A stretch of 64,000 nucleotides of DNA from Eledone cirrhosa (GCA_964016885.1 OZ024742.1:29884001-29948000), one strand, 5' to 3'. Counted from the first letter of the stretch, positions 1 to 15,157 are shown. Numbers and translations: made by a program. The notes: generated by a model not told the origin, from the letters alone.

Positions 1-12
1 TATATATATATA

Positions 13-45
<33 letters not shown>

Positions 46-314
46 GGTGGCTGCCAACTCGTTTTCGAGTACGGCCACTACTTTATATCCATATAGGAGA
101 ACCCCTACAGATGCACTGAACGAGTGTGACCTTTTAGTCCAGCCAGCGACTTGAAAACTCTGGTACAAACACCACACTTGTGACAAATATTGACACATAG
201 TGCTGGGGCCATGGTACCCTGTGACGACAAGTGCAGAGAGATCTCCAGATATAAAGCAATGCCTGTGCCGTGAAGCTTTTATAAACATATATACATATAT
301 ACATATATACATAT

Positions 315-363
<49 letters not shown>

Positions 364-390
364 CATATATATATATACATATAGATATAC

Positions 391-423
<33 letters not shown>

Positions 424-1039
424 GATATATATATACATATATATATATGGATATATACATATGTATATATGTATATATATATATATATCATATATATATA
501 CATATATATATGAATATATATATATATGTATATATGAATATATATATATGTATATAAGCATATATATATGCAAATGGGGGGGTGAGGAAGGGGGTATGTT
601 GCTGTGTGTAAAAAAATAATTCTATATTTATATTTTCAGCTTACTGCATCTTCACACACACACACTCACACATACACACACTCACACACACACAAACACA
701 CACACACTCACACACACTCACACACACACACACACACACATACACATACACACACATACACACACATACACATACACACACACATACAGACACATACACA
801 CACATACACACATACAGACATACACGTTTATTGCAGAAAGCCGTAAGGTAATTATTATTATTATAAATCCCCCCACCATCACCCCATACATCAGATATGA
901 ATAAATTTAATAGTATTTTTCTATGAATGTTGCGATGGGGTGAGTTTATTAGAGAGAGACAGACAGACAGAGAGGCAGACAAACAAAAAAAGAGGGAAAT
1001 GCAGGCAGATAGACAGATAGATAGATATAGAGAGAGGGG

Positions 1040-1118
<79 letters not shown>

Positions 1119-1266
1119 TACAGATAGATATAGTTAGATAGAGAGAGGGGGAGCGAGAGAGAGAGGGGGATAGATAGACAGACAGACCGACACACAGATA
1201 GACAGACAGACTGACAGACTGACAGACACACAGATAGATAGATGGACAGATAGAGAGATAGATAGT

Positions 1267-1322
<56 letters not shown>

Positions 1323-1342
1323 CAGATAGAGATAGAGATAGT

Positions 1343-1445
<103 letters not shown>

Positions 1446-1892
1446 TGCTATATTTCCAGTGTTAAAGATTTGGGGCCTTCTTGATCTCGATATTTATAAT
1501 ATTTCAGATATGTCTACTACATAACCTAATTACATATATATGTGTGTGTATGTATGAGTCTATGTATGTACATATATATGTGTGTATGTGTGTGTAGGGG
1601 GTAGGTTCATAGTTGAAGCTTACAACGTTTCGTTACTCAAAATGTCATGCCTCATCAAAAAGATGATATCTGATAGAAGAGATATTTCTCTAAGTTGACA
1701 AAAGATCGATTTTAGATTGTGATCGTCAGAAGAAGGCGAGTGTACCACGATATGAAACTTTTAGCAACAGAATGATCTCAGCTGGAACTATAATACTGCA
1801 GATTGAAGAATTACAATCACTTGATTTCTAGTTCTTTTTTTAATTTGCTCGTATTGTTAACGACGGGATTTTCTGAATTACATACATACTAG

Positions 1893-1934
<42 letters not shown>

Positions 1935-1949
1935 CCTAGTATGCATATT

Positions 1950-1999
<50 letters not shown>

Positions 2000-2003
<4 letters not shown>

Positions 2004-4250
2004 GGAAAAATTTGAACAGGAACAAAACAGAGAGGCAGTTCAACGAATGTTTATTAATTTCACGTCTGGAGAGTGGGGTGGTGGTGGGGAACGACGTTTC
2101 GGGCATAAGCCCTTCCTCAGGGGAGAAGTGTGTGGGAACAGAGTTCAAAGGGTGTGTAGGGGAGAGACATATAGCGAAAGAAAACGGTGCGAATGAAATT
2201 AAAAATTAATATAAAAATAAAAATAAAAATAAAGCATGATCAAAATACAAGGAATGAAATAAAATTAAACATAAAAGCATGATCAAAATAAACTGAAATT
2301 AAAAGGGGGGTAAAACAGGTGGTGGAAGGGTGTGGAGTATGTAGGGGTGGTGGTGGGTTGAGTGGGGAGAGGGGAGACGGGGTGTCCGAGCGGGGAGGGC
2401 TGAAGGTGGTGTGTGTGTGTAGGTGTACGTGTGTGTGTGTGTGTGTGTGTATGTGAAAGTAAGGGTTGGGGGAAGAACGGGGTTGCATGTTCAGGAAGAG
2501 GTGTGTGTTAGGGGTGTAGGTCGGAGTTTCTGTGCGTGTGTGGATAGAGGGGTGGGGGGAGAGGAATCAGGAGGCTGAGGGTGTAAATATGTGGTGGAAA
2601 GCACGTGTGTGTGGGGTTTAAGCGTGTTGTGGGTGTAGGTGGGGTGTGGAGAAAAGATTTTTTGGGTGTGTGTGTGTGGGTGAGTTATATAGGTGATTCC
2701 GTAAGAGGATGGTTGAAAAGTTGGTAAAATCCTATGATGTTTAGTGGATTCAGTGGTGGTCAAGTTTAGTGGATTCAGTGGTGGTCAAGTTCCACATACG
2801 AGTATTCCATGAAGAGATGGTCGGAAGAGGAGAGATGTGGGGTGCGCGCGCAACAGGAAGTGGTCAAGCAGTGGGAGTGCTGTGTGTCTGTTTGTGCTGG
2901 GAGGTGGTCAGAGGGCATAGCAGCAGTCGGTGGAATGGTAAAGGGGCGAGGATGGGTAGGTGTGAAAGTTGGAGTGAGGAGGGTGTGTGTGTGTATTAGT
3001 AGAGGTGTTAGTGGGATGAGTGAGTGTGGAGCGAGGGTGTGGGTGGAGCGGGGAGAGAAGGGTGTGTGTAGTTCTATGGAGGGAGTGTGGTGTACTGGTG
3101 TGTGTGTAGTTTGATGAAGGGGTGTTAGTGGGTGTTAGTATACGGGAGGTGGGGAAGGGTTGAATGCAGGTGTGAGTGGGGGTTAGTGGTGGTAGGGTGT
3201 GTAGAGTTGGTGGTGTGCGAGGGTGTATGGGTACGTGTGCGTGGGGTTGGGGGGTGTTAGTGATGTTAGTTGCGTGTGGGGTGGGTGGTGTAAGTGGGTG
3301 CGTGTGTTCGTGTGCTTGGGGTCAGGGGGTGTTAGTGAGGTTAGTTGCGGGGTGGTGGGATGGAGGTGTGGGGGTGAGAGGTGTGGGGGTGAGGGTTAGT
3401 GGTGGTAGTAGGGTGTGTGTTTTTAGTGTGAGCGCGTGTATATATGTGCCGGTGGGTGTGTGCGTGTGATAAGGAGGGGGAGAAGGAGAAGAAGGGAGGG
3501 ATGTTAGTATGTTAGTTGGGGAAGGGTGGTCGGATGAGGGGTGGAGTGGAGGTGTTAGTATTGTTAGTTGTGGGGTGGGCGGTGAAAAGGAGGAGTGTGT
3601 TAGTGGTGTTAGTGGGGGATAAGTGGGGGGAGGGGGGCGGTCGAAGACTAAAGGAATAAGGGTGGGGAGTTCAGGCCGGGGGAGTGTGGTTCTGTAAGAT
3701 GAAGATAGTTCTTTGTTCGACTCTAAGGCGATTGGCGGGTGTTCCGTGTCATTGGAGTAGGCCACAGACTGTGAGATGGCGTGCGGAATGTCCAGGGCCA
3801 CCAAGTGGCGTCGGAAGAGGCGGCGGATGGTGCGGTGGAGGGGTAAGGTGGAGGGGTGGTAGGTGATGGGGAAGGGGAGACGGTGGGTGGGTGTGCGGTG
3901 GCGTGGGGTGAGGGTGGTGGAGCGGTGGACAGCACGGGCGCGGGTGAGAGCGGTGTGGACGAGAGAGGGGTGTAACCTCTGCGGATGAAATGGCTGACTA
4001 GGGAAAGGGCCTGGGACTCGAAGTCAGCATCTCGGCTACAGAGGCGGCGGATCCTGAGGAGTTGGGAGTAGGGAATGGAGTGTTTAGTGTGGGTGGGGTC
4101 GGAAGAGGTGAAGTCGAGGTAAGAGTGGGAGTCGGTGGGTTTGAAGAAAGGCGGAGGTGACGAGGGAGTGGTGGGAGGGGTCGAAGGCGACGGAGATGTC
4201 TAAGAAGTGGACGTGGGTGGTGGAGATAGAGGTGGTGAAGTGGAAGCAGA
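2000..4250 (-). mobile_element. Degenerate Penelope-like retroelement (RT C-terminal region to 3' end with hammerhead)
   Basis: Minus-strand translation near 3950-4250 gives HFLDISV...KPTDSHSYLDFTSSDPTHTKHSIPYSQLLRIRRLCS, typical of the PLE RT thumb region. The 3' part (2000-2490) recurs on + at about 24435-24862. Confidence 0.75.
2090..2128 (-). ncRNA. Minimal type I hammerhead ribozyme (PLE-type)
   Basis: CUGAGGA-A-GGGC UUAU GCCC-GAAA-CGUC: catalytic core, stem II and short stem III. Confidence 0.7.
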
Positions 4251-4885
4251 GACGCCTACACAATTATATACGAACAAAAATTCATACATACATACAAAAA
4301 ATATCCAAACATTCATACATACATTCATATATACATATATACATACAATCCTCCGTCAAAAACATACATACATATATACGTACATACATACATACATACA
4401 TACACATATACATACATACATACATACACATATACATACATACATACATACATACATACATACATAATGACATACATACACACATAAATACATACATATA
4501 TATACATACATACACACATATATACATACATACATACATATATACATACATACATATATACATACATAGATACATACATAAATACATACATACATACATA
4601 CATACATACATACATACATACATACATACATACATACATACATACATACATACATACATACATACATACATACATAGATAGCAGATGTTAATGTCTGACA
4701 GGAATACATAAGAAAGTCTTCTCTCGTTAGAAATAGAGACTAATTATTGGACATGTCCATCAAGACTAATGACCGGAACTTATTAGTGACACAGAAAACG
4801 ACATATACAGACAATATGATACACACACACATACATATGTCTGTATATATATATGTCAATACATATATATACAGACATACATATA

Positions 4886-5005
<120 letters not shown>

Positions 5006-5030
5006 CATATATCTATATCTATCTATATAT

Positions 5031-5669
5031 ATAATCAAGGTTTAGCAAATAAGAAAAAGTTTCAAAATAAATTTCAAAAAATTCACTGTACTCACTACGG
5101 TTACCTTTACTGAATCGGTTTTGAGTCTCAAAAATAAATGGACAGTCCTTGCGGCCTTCCATTGAAAAGATAAACTCTCGTCAGAAGGTTCTTTTCACTC
5201 GGAGAATATAAAATTCCCGAGTTCAAATGACTGCTGCTATTTATAGTGGTAGTAGACTGACCTCCCTGCCTCTGCTTCTATCTTTACACACGGCACTGGA
5301 GAGAATTGCTTCCACATCATTCATTCTCATCTCGGGAACAATTTTGAAGAGCGCCAGTTCGTAATTTCAACTCAGGAATTTTATATTCTCCGAGTGAAAA
5401 GAACCTTCTGACGAGAGTTTATCTTTTCAATGGAAGGCCGCAAGGACTGTCCATTTATTTTTGAGACTCGAAACCGATTCGGTAAAGGTAACCAAAGTGA
5501 GTACAGTGAATTATTTAAAATTTATTTTGAAACTTTTTCTTATTTGCTAAACCTCGATTATATATGTTCTGGCTCGTTAATTTATTAACCTGCCATTGAA
5601 CCACATTGGCATATGGTTGGACAATATATGTGTCCCTGGACGCTTTTTGCGTGTAGGGATATATACTTT

Positions 5670-5675
<6 letters not shown>
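5031..5675. mobile_element. Short non-coding hammerhead-bearing element with inverted partial copy, flanked by (TA)n
   Basis: About 5031-5225 is the reverse complement of about 5365-5562; homologous to 24995-26194. Confidence 0.75.
5403..5489 (+). ncRNA. Type I hammerhead ribozyme with extended stem II
   Basis: ACCUU-CUGACGA-GAGU...ACUC-GAAA-CCGAUUCGG-UA-AAGGU; stems I, II and III all pair. Confidence 0.8.
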
Positions 5676-5718
<43 letters not shown>

Positions 5719-7058
5719 AAGTTAAATAAAAAGTCAAATGATTAAAATTTAGCTTCGTTTATTACTGCTATATATATTTCAGTGACAGCCATCTTTGGGC
5801 TATATATATTTCAGTGACAGCCATCTTTGGCTGTGACCTCTTCAAACAGTTTGAATTAGTATGGTATAGACAAGTACATATGTTGTTGAGGTGTATAATA
5901 TTGTCAATACTCTGATATGCCCAGTTCCTGGTTGGGTTGTTATTTCACTGAGGAACTGGAATCATATGAATTCAAACAAACGAATTTCAGTGTCAAAGGT
6001 CCTCTTCTCCTCTCATTGGTCAGTTATTAGAACATTCCTCATTCTAAGTGTTGTTATTGTTGGAGTTAGCTTAAAAAATTGATAAAATGGTAGAAGGGAC
6101 AAGGTGTTAAAGGAACAAAATAATTTAAAAAATGTCAAACTTCCCATTGGTCAGTTCTGAGAGCATTCCTCAGTCAGAAGTCTATAGAATTCTTTCTGGG
6201 GTGAGGCTCCCTGTAGTGTTTTTGTTTGCTATTGTTAAGTACATTTGACCTCTACCATTATTTTGGTAGTGTTGTTGGTGTTGTGGTCAGCTTATATCTT
6301 GCTGCTGCTAACAATTTAGAAGTAGCCAGTGTGTGTTTTTTCTTCATCCCTCTTGCCACCATCTCTCATAGTGGTGGGGGGGGGTTCTTCCATGTATATG
6401 AAGAAATATAAGGCAATAAATGAAGAAAACAGAAAATAAATAAATAATATAATAAAATAATTAATATAATTTGTATAATTTGAAAATAAATAAATAAATA
6501 GAGAATAAAGAATAAAGAATAAAGAATAAATGAAAAATTGGTGAAAAAGTAATGAAAATGAATATGGAGAAGTGAAAAATAATGTAGGATAAAGTGTGTG
6601 TGTGCTATAACCAATCTCAAGGTCAGAAATATGTTGGATAGATTGGTATGAAGACAAGATGTTAAGATAAGATAATCAAACTAAATGTGTTTGTGTTATA
6701 ATCAATCTCAACTTAAAAATAAATATAAGGTGATACAGTGGAGAAGGCAGAAAACAAATAACAAATTAATAAAGAGAAATCAAGATTTAAAATTGGAACT
6801 TGAAAATCAGAAATCTAGTAAATTAAAAAGTGTTTGTGTTATATAGATGTTGGCCAAATTATAATGGTTGTGTCCGATTCTATCTCTAGGCTATCATGGT
6901 GTCTGCTCAGCCTGGTTTGTTCCCTATGGCTTGAGGGGAGTTCACAACCTAGGGTGTTGTTACTGCCCATATAGCTTGAGGGAGGTCTGGCCGAGAGGTG
7001 TTTTCATGTTCTGTAGAAGTCCCTATAGCTTGAGGGGAGTTAACATCTTCTTGTGTTG

Positions 7059-7412
7059 CTACTGTCCATATATCTTGAGAAAGGTCCCGGCTCTAAGGTG
7101 TCTGCATGTCCCGAAGAAGTCGGTTCTGATGTTTATCAGGCCGCTTCCACCTCTTAGTATCTCGAGGGTCTCGTTCAGGCATAGTTTGCATATGCAAGAT
7201 CCCCCTTTATCGGGTGGTACTTTCCTGATTATGTACCAGGCCAGAGAGTATGGGGTCCTGTCAAGCTTAAGCTTCCAGATCAGGTCGGAGAGAGCTGTGC
7301 TTTTCCTTTTGGCCTCCTTCTTGAATGAATGGCGATGATTGTACCAGCGGTCTTTAAAGCTCGTTGATGTGGCTCCTATGTAGAGGTGTTCGGAGTTGGG
7401 GTTTTTTACCCT
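7059..7412 (-). mobile_element. Penelope-like (Naiad-type) GIY-YIG endonuclease fragment, 5'-truncated at (TA)n
   Basis: [17 protein letters not shown]...STALSDLIW...CKLCLNE...LINIR...CRH. Confidence 0.75.
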
Positions 7413-7498
<86 letters not shown>

Positions 7499-7576
7499 TA
7501 GATAGATAGATATATAGATATATAGATATATATATAGATATATATATATATATATATACATACATACATATATCTA

Positions 7577-7607
<31 letters not shown>

Positions 7608-7769
7608 ATATATAAATATATATATATATATAGTTAGGGAAACAGGAAAATGCTTATTGTGATCCAGTTCGTGGTTAAGAAAGCCAGTTTCGTGGACGGT
7701 TTCAACGTACGGTTAGGGGTAACTCCACAAGTTTGTAAGAATTCCGTTCAATCTTGGAGTATAAAGTAT

Positions 7770-8152
7770 AAAAGAGAAAACACAGGTAAGCATTAAGAAA
7801 AGGATTTTATCCAGGTATTTATGACCGTTTCATTGGTAAGAGCAACCTTATATTGCTATACTGCAAATAGCAGCCACTCAATGATAATTGTTGTTCACGC
7901 CCAAATTTTCAAAATAGTGAGTAAGTTACTTTTAAAAAAAGTTCTTAATATATATAGAGAAAAACATTTTGGGGCGAATTGTATTTACTAGTATGGAGAG
8001 AGAGGAAGAGGAATTAGAAAGTGGGGGGGACAATTATCATTGAGTGGCTGCTATTTGCAGTATAGCAATATAACGTTGCACTTATCAATGAAACGGTCGT
8101 AAATACCTGGATAAAATCCTTTTCTTAGTGCTTACCTGTGTTTTCTCTTTTA
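7770..8152. repeat. Inverted repeat, arms about 7770-7892 and 8031-8152
   Basis: AAAAGAGAAAACACAGGTAAGCA...CACTCAATGATAATTG is mirrored downstream. Confidence 0.75.
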
Positions 8153-8307
8153 TATATATATATACATACGTACATACGTACATATATATATAGACATATA
8201 TATATACGCTTACGGACACATATATATATATATATATAGGAAAAAGTATAACCCCGACGGCAGATCTCAAGCCGTTTCGACGGCTATTTCTGGACGTCCA
8301 GAAATAG

Positions 8308-9075
8308 CATGTTTTATGATATATAGCTCTGATTATTTAATTTATTAATTCTTCATTGAGCCACAACGTGACCTGTTGCAAAACACATATATATCTATAA
8401 CTTTATATATATGTTAACCTTTATATGTAATAATCTCCCGTTAGGTTGAGATACAATTTGGCTATATTCGGCTGCGCTTTCTAGCAATAAGCCTACCCGC
8501 CGTAAGCAACTAATCACATCCTTTCTAACTTGACCGCTGCCACGTCACGATTGTTAGCCATTTTTGAATGTATTTTTGGCGCGATCACTTTGGAAAATTA
8601 AATGTCTAATTTTGAGTTCACTCCTGATGAATCCGAAGCTCTAGATGTCCCCTGTTATCGGATATCTTAAAATACGGATAAAACCATGGTAGAGGTAATT
8701 AGGTATGTACACATTTCTTCTAAGTTTATTTTACACCTAATTGTGTTTAGTTGACTGTATATCTGGTCGATTTGTACATGCTATCGAAATGTTCGATAAA
8801 TACTCCTTCGTAGCCACCGCGAAGGGGCTGCTTTCGGTTATTTGTCGGAGATTTCTTCATAGGAGCCTTTATTCTTATAGCTTGGTCTAATTGATTTTTT
8901 ATATGGTTAATTATGCTAATTGGGAAAGGAAATGGCTTATATTATATCTAGTGATTCTAAAGACATGTTTTATGATATATAACTCTGATTATTTGATTTA
9001 TTAATTCTTCATTGAGCCACAACGTGACCTGTTGCAAAACACATATATATCTATAACTTTATATATATGTAAACC
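8308..9075 (+). mobile_element. 656-bp monomer plus about 110-bp terminal redundancy, with a degenerate hammerhead at 8621-8694
   Basis: CATGTTTTATGATATA...CTTTATATATATGT occurs at 8308 and 8964; CUC-CUGAUGA-AUCCG...CGGAU-AAAA-CCAUGG-UA-GAG (G12->A). Confidence 0.6.
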
Positions 9076-9143
9076 TTTATATATATATACATATATATAT
9101 ATTTATATATATATATGTATATAAATATATATGTCTCTCCCTC

Positions 9144-9272
<129 letters not shown>

Positions 9273-9829
9273 TTGTGGAGCGCGGGTGGGGGTGGGATAA
9301 ATTTGTGCAATTTAGTTGTAGTGATTAGTTTAGCTCTTTAAATGGTCAGAAAACTTCGATATGCGATAAACATATCATGTACATAAATTGTAGCTCATAT
9401 CCAAATAGATGTGTATTTTGGTAGTTTGGGGAGAAAATATAATTATTGGAGGGGGTCATACAACTCCCACACACACACCATTTCCGCCACTGTATATAGA
9501 TAATTTAAAAATTTATGCTCTGTGCCCTTTCCTAAGGGGTTACTATATCGTGCTTCTTCGCATTTAGTAAGAAACTAGTATTGTATCCAATTTATTCATC
9601 TCCTATATATATACATACATATAGGAAAAGAGTCAGGACTCCGACGGCTGTTCAGAACTAGCTGTCGAAACGGCCTAAGCTCTGCTGTCGGGGTCCTGAC
9701 TCTTTTCCTATAGCCCACTCTACTACCCGAAATATCGAGTACTCTGGTGCGTTATAATCCACCTGGTTCCTTACCACACTTCCTTCTTTACATACACGCA
9801 TATACATACATACATACATACATACATTT

Positions 9830-10285
9830 TATGCAGAACTGATGAGAAATCTGCAGATACTCCACCCTGATTACACCTTCAAATTTATGCCTGTGATTAT
9901 TGGGGTACTGGGATATGTTAGTAACTGCCTCAATACAAATCTTGAGAAGCTAGGCTTCACAGGAACAGAAAGAACACAACTAGTTAGGAAATTACAAGTG
10001 CAATCCATTAATGGAACAGTAAAAATATGTAAAACATTCCAAACATTTTGCATCTAATAACTGCATATACACATGTACAGATACAAAGCATAAACACATG
10101 CACACATACAACTCAAAACATACACATCCACACATACAATAACATCCATATCTACACATCCATGCATACATACATATCTACCTAGTTGATGTTGTGAAAA
10201 TTCCAATAAGAGAGTCTTGTGTCTATGTTAGAAACCAACTCTCTCTCTATTGGTAAAACTTTGTGAAATTATAAAACCAGAAGAA
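9830..10285 (+). mobile_element. 3' end of an RLE-type (R4/Dong-like) non-LTR retrotransposon
   Basis: FMPVIIGVLGYV...LEKLG...LQVQSINGTVKICKTF resembles the RLE C-terminus; flanked by (CATA)n; the 3' UTR recurs inverted at about 28268-28480. Confidence 0.6.
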
Positions 10286-10298
10286 CATACATACATAC

Positions 10299-10360
<62 letters not shown>

Positions 10361-10416
10361 AATAGAATGAAAGGAAATTTCATTTCTCACTCTTAGTACG
10401 GCAGTTACTTAAATGT

Positions 10417-10950
10417 AAGTATGTATGTATACGTACATGCATATATGTATACAGACGTACAGTAGTATGTATATATATATACATACATGCACACATATAT
10501 ATATGCACGGATCGGTTTACCGAACATTTATCATAATGCTCGGTTTGTTTGTTTGTAAACAAACAAACAGCCCGAGTTACGCCGTACAGTGTTTAGGCAA
10601 CCACGTCACCTTTTTGTTCAACACTGACACAGGAACGATGTACTAGTTTCAAGCTTATTAGCTATCGTCAGCATCGTATACCTTCCTGCCAGGTTGAACG
10701 TCTGAAAGTATATACTTTCCTTATGCATATTAACGGCTGAGCAGCCTAATTTGCATATCGAGTGATTTGCCTAAACACTGTACGGCGTAATTCGGGCTGT
10801 TTGTTTGTTTACAAACAAACAAACCGAGCATTATAATAAATGTTCGTTAAACCGATACGTGCATATATATATGTGTGCATGTATGTATATATATACATAC
10901 TACTGTACGTCTGTATACATATATGTATGTACGTATACATACATACATAC
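10417..10950. repeat. Inverted repeat (about 180-bp arms) enclosing a hammerhead
   Basis: About 10417-10598 is the reverse complement of about 10767-10950. Confidence 0.8.
10636..10676 (-). ncRNA. Minimal type I hammerhead ribozyme
   Basis: CGAUG-CUGACGA-U-AGCU AAUA AGCU-U-GAAA-CUAG-UA-CAUCG; 5-bp stem I and palindromic stem III. Confidence 0.8.
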
Positions 10951-10955
10951 ATACT

Positions 10956-11018
<63 letters not shown>

Positions 11019-11232
11019 GGGTGTGTATGATTGTGTATAGAAGATTATATTAATAAAAGGAATTCCAACTTTGTCTGATTTACTGGTTTTATTTACAATC
11101 CGTTAAAATTATAATGATATTAGAATGAAATAGTATGGTAGAATATTACATGTTAAGTGTTAATTGAATACGTACTTTCATGCTTTCGAAATCTTCAGGT
11201 TCATATTCTGTGGTGACAATCAAGTTTGCAAT

Positions 11233-11276
<44 letters not shown>

Positions 11277-11278
<2 letters not shown>

Positions 11279-12560
11279 GAACCCTTCTACAACGAGGCCT
11301 TAACTAGAAGTGGATATAAAGAGAAAAATCTCATATACCCCCAAAACTACTATGGACCAAAATATAAAACCTAGTAAAATCTACAAACACCAAAAAATAC
11401 CATTGAAACAAATACCTAAAGTGGTTATTCCTATTACACCAAACAACCGAAACACCACAACAACTATTACTACACGATCTATGACCAATGTTATCAACCC
11501 ACATATGAATACCAAGCACTCAAAATCTCATAGTCTACCCAAAAATAACACCAAATACAACCACGGTAGTTTACCAAATTCCACAAATAGGGATACTAAC
11601 CATAGGAATTCTTCTAGAACACAGCACATTAATATAAGTGGTAATAAGAACTTAACTAAAAACCGCAAAAGAAACATAACATGGTTCAACGCACCCTTCA
11701 ACCTGTAAACTATTGGACAAATCCCAAAAAAATTTTTTGAAATTCTACATAAACATTTTCCACCAAACCACAGATACCACCAAATATTTAACAAATATAC
11801 TGTTAAATTCTCATACTCTACATCAAACAATCTCCAGCAAAAAATAAGCAACTACAACATTTATAAATTTTAAAATAATATGACCACACCACCACAACAT
11901 AATTTAAATAGGACTGCACCTTTAAAAGAACAAATAATACAATTCTTCAACCTGGAAAACACAACCACCCAAATCACCAACACAAAAACAACATAATACA
12001 AAATCACAATACAACCCTAGCACTAAACCACCCACAAACCAACCTTCATTCTCCCGCTAATATTAATTACAATAGGAATAGCTTAAGGATTAATGAGAAA
12101 GGATTAATGAGAAAGGTACCCCCAACAACCATCTTACGTATGGTTGTAATTGCAGAAATAGAAGCATTTGCCCCTTAAATGGCAACTGTTTGATTAATAA
12201 TGTAATATATAAATGCACTGTGTCTACTACTGACTCCAACAAAACATATATAGCATATACATCGAACACATTTAAGAAAAGATTTTACGCACACTCTAGT
12301 CGTTTTAAGAATACTAAACTAGTTAACACCACATCTTTAGCTGAAGCAGTAAATAACTATAAAAAGAAAAAATAGATTTCAAGCTATCGTGGAATACCAT
12401 TCTGCAAAGAACTCCATATCTTGGGAACAGGAAAGAATGCAGGTTATGTTCAGGTGAGATCTTGGAAATTACTAAATCTAAGGACAATATATTGAATAAA
12501 AGACAGGAACTGATTATAGTTTGTAATCACCGTATACGAAAAAATTATAGCAACTCACTA
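11277..12560 (+). mobile_element. Degenerate Penelope-like (Naiad-type) retroelement, linker plus GIY-YIG region
   Basis: RKRNITWFNAPF, HKHFPPNH...IFNKYTVKFSYS, CNCRNRSICPLNGNC, NVIYKC...YIAYTSNTFKKRF; contains stops and frameshifts; begins at (TA)n. Confidence 0.8.
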
Positions 12561-12864
12561 TAATTCTATGTAGCGTAACATTTGTTAGTACCCCTTTCCC
12601 CTAATTATACGCATTCATGCTTATTTCTTACCTTTTAATGTTTTAGCTTCCTTAGATTTATGAGTTAATGACTAGGGACAACAAGGTACACAACCACCCG
12701 TAATTGCATGAGTAAATATGTATCTATGTATGTATGATATGGGAATATATATATATATATATGTATGTGTGTGTATGTGTGTATATGCGAGTATATGTGT
12801 ATGAGTGTTTTTATGTGTGTGTGTACATGTATGTGTGTGTACATATATATATATATGTGTATAG

Positions 12865-12988
<124 letters not shown>

Positions 12989-13689
12989 AAGAATTCATAT
13001 CTAGTAACATATATATACATACAGATGCATATCAAAGCTAGCAAATATATAGGTTTTGTCTTAATAACAGTGTGGTTCAATGCATGGGGTTGCAGAACAA
13101 TAATATAAGAGACGTAAATTATAAAATTAACTTACTTACTAAAATATCACTTCCAACTAATTAGTTTCTGGAATGGAGTAAATATATTTTCCGAAGAATA
13201 ATATGGAGAAGCATTCCGTCGTCAGGAAAGTCTATTCTCATGTAAGTTTCCAGGCAAAGCGAGGACACTGGAAACTTATTAAAAAATAATTCAGTGGATA
13301 GGAAATAGCGAAGCGTGGACTGAATTCCAAGCCATTGAGAAAATCACTGCCTCTACGTCTGTGGCAAATTCAAAAAGAATCGAACACGTGACATTGAGGT
13401 CAATCAGTGGAAAGTGGTTTGCTAATAAGACAGCGGCCTGCCTACAACCGTAGCAGCAGTCATGGCCAATATTGCTCGACAAATAATTTGGAGATAATAA
13501 TAAAGAATTCATATCTAGTAACATATATATACGTCTCTTATATTATTGTTCTGCAACCCCATGCATTGAACCACACTGTTATTAAGACAAAACCTATATA
13601 TTTGCTAGCATTGATATGTATCTGTATGTATATATATGTTACTAGATATGAATTCTTTATTATTATCTCCAAATTATTTGTCAGCATAA

Positions 13690-14454
13690 TCTGTAAAGTA
13701 AGCCCCCATAATAACTGTAAAACTAGAAACATAGTATATAGCATAAGATGTACTGAGGGACAATGTAAAGATAAAAATATGGTGTACCGAGGTGAGACAG
13801 CTCGTAGCATAGGTGAACGATTAAATGAACACTGGCGAGAACTCCAAGATAGAAAAGACTCATCAGTTCTCCACCAGCATGCTAAAATAGAACATAAGGG
13901 CAAATTAGAGAACATAGGAATAAAAATAAAATATACACACAGAAAAGACGCAATGTTTAGACAAATCACAGAGGCAATAAACATAAATGAACTCCAACCA
14001 AAATTAAATAGAAAACATGAATGGAATAGCAACATCACAACTTACAATTAAGAACAAAATGAAAACACACACACACATAGAACAAACAACCAACCAGTAA
14101 CATGTAAATAAACAAATAAAAACACACAGACACCCGGATGTAACACTTGCGCAAACTAAGCACACAACACACACAAAAGTAAGATGGCGTAGGACAGAAC
14201 AAAGGAGAGGCACAAAACAAAGAAAAGAATCCCCAGTCACTTATGAGGTCACAGAATGTGTGACGAAAGAACTTTGATAATATATGAACAACCATCCGGT
14301 TGTGGAACCAACCAACCAACGGGAAATTTATAATAAATTGAATTGAAAGCAACTGGTGCGTGTGTTTCTTATTGGCAACATGACCCTCCCAAAGTATAAC
14401 AATATCGGTTTCAACACACGTTTTCAGATAAAGAATCTTGCTAAACAAATTCAG

Positions 14455-14455
<1 letters not shown>
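13690..14455 (+). mobile_element. Penelope-like element 3' end with intact GIY-YIG endonuclease segment
   Basis: CKTRNIVYSIRC...C...VYRGETARSIGERLNEH...HQH...RQITEA...LNRKHEW (to 14051). Other copies on the minus strand at about 15310-15968 and 23930-24255. Confidence 0.8.
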
Positions 14456-14500
<45 letters not shown>

Positions 14501-15100
14501 AAGTATGACCCCGACGGCAGAGCACAAGCCGTTTCAACGGCTATTTCTGGACTAAATTAGAATTTTTAGCCTGGTGAATAAATAGCCGAACTTATCAAGG
14601 GGGTACTTCCTTATATGGGAAAATTGTAGTTGTCAAGAGGATTGGTTAAAATTTGTTGTAAACACAAATAAGTCTATCATGGCATTTGGTGGGAGGTAGG
14701 GGTGGCTGAACTTGCCTGTAGAACAATAGGGGAGTGAGTGGAGCGGTCAAGCGTTGAAAGAGATATGTATACAGCAGATTCTAAGGATAAGGTATGAAGT
14801 GGAGGAGGGAGGTTATAGAATAGGTAAATCGAATGAGAGTAGGAGACAATAAAAGATAATAGAAAGAAATAAAAAAAATATATAAAATTAGATTGTGAGA
14901 AATGAATTAAAAAAAATCACATTGCTATCTTACAATAACAGGTTAATAAGTTGAGAATAGAAAAAACTTGTAGAAATTGAGTAGTACCAGAACTGATACA
15001 GAATTAAAGGGGTTTAACACGTCTGCTATAAGTAGTTAGTAAAAGTATTGAGTACTCTGGTGCGTTATGATCCATCTGGTTCCTTACCACAATTCCTTTG

Positions 15101-15157
<57 letters not shown>

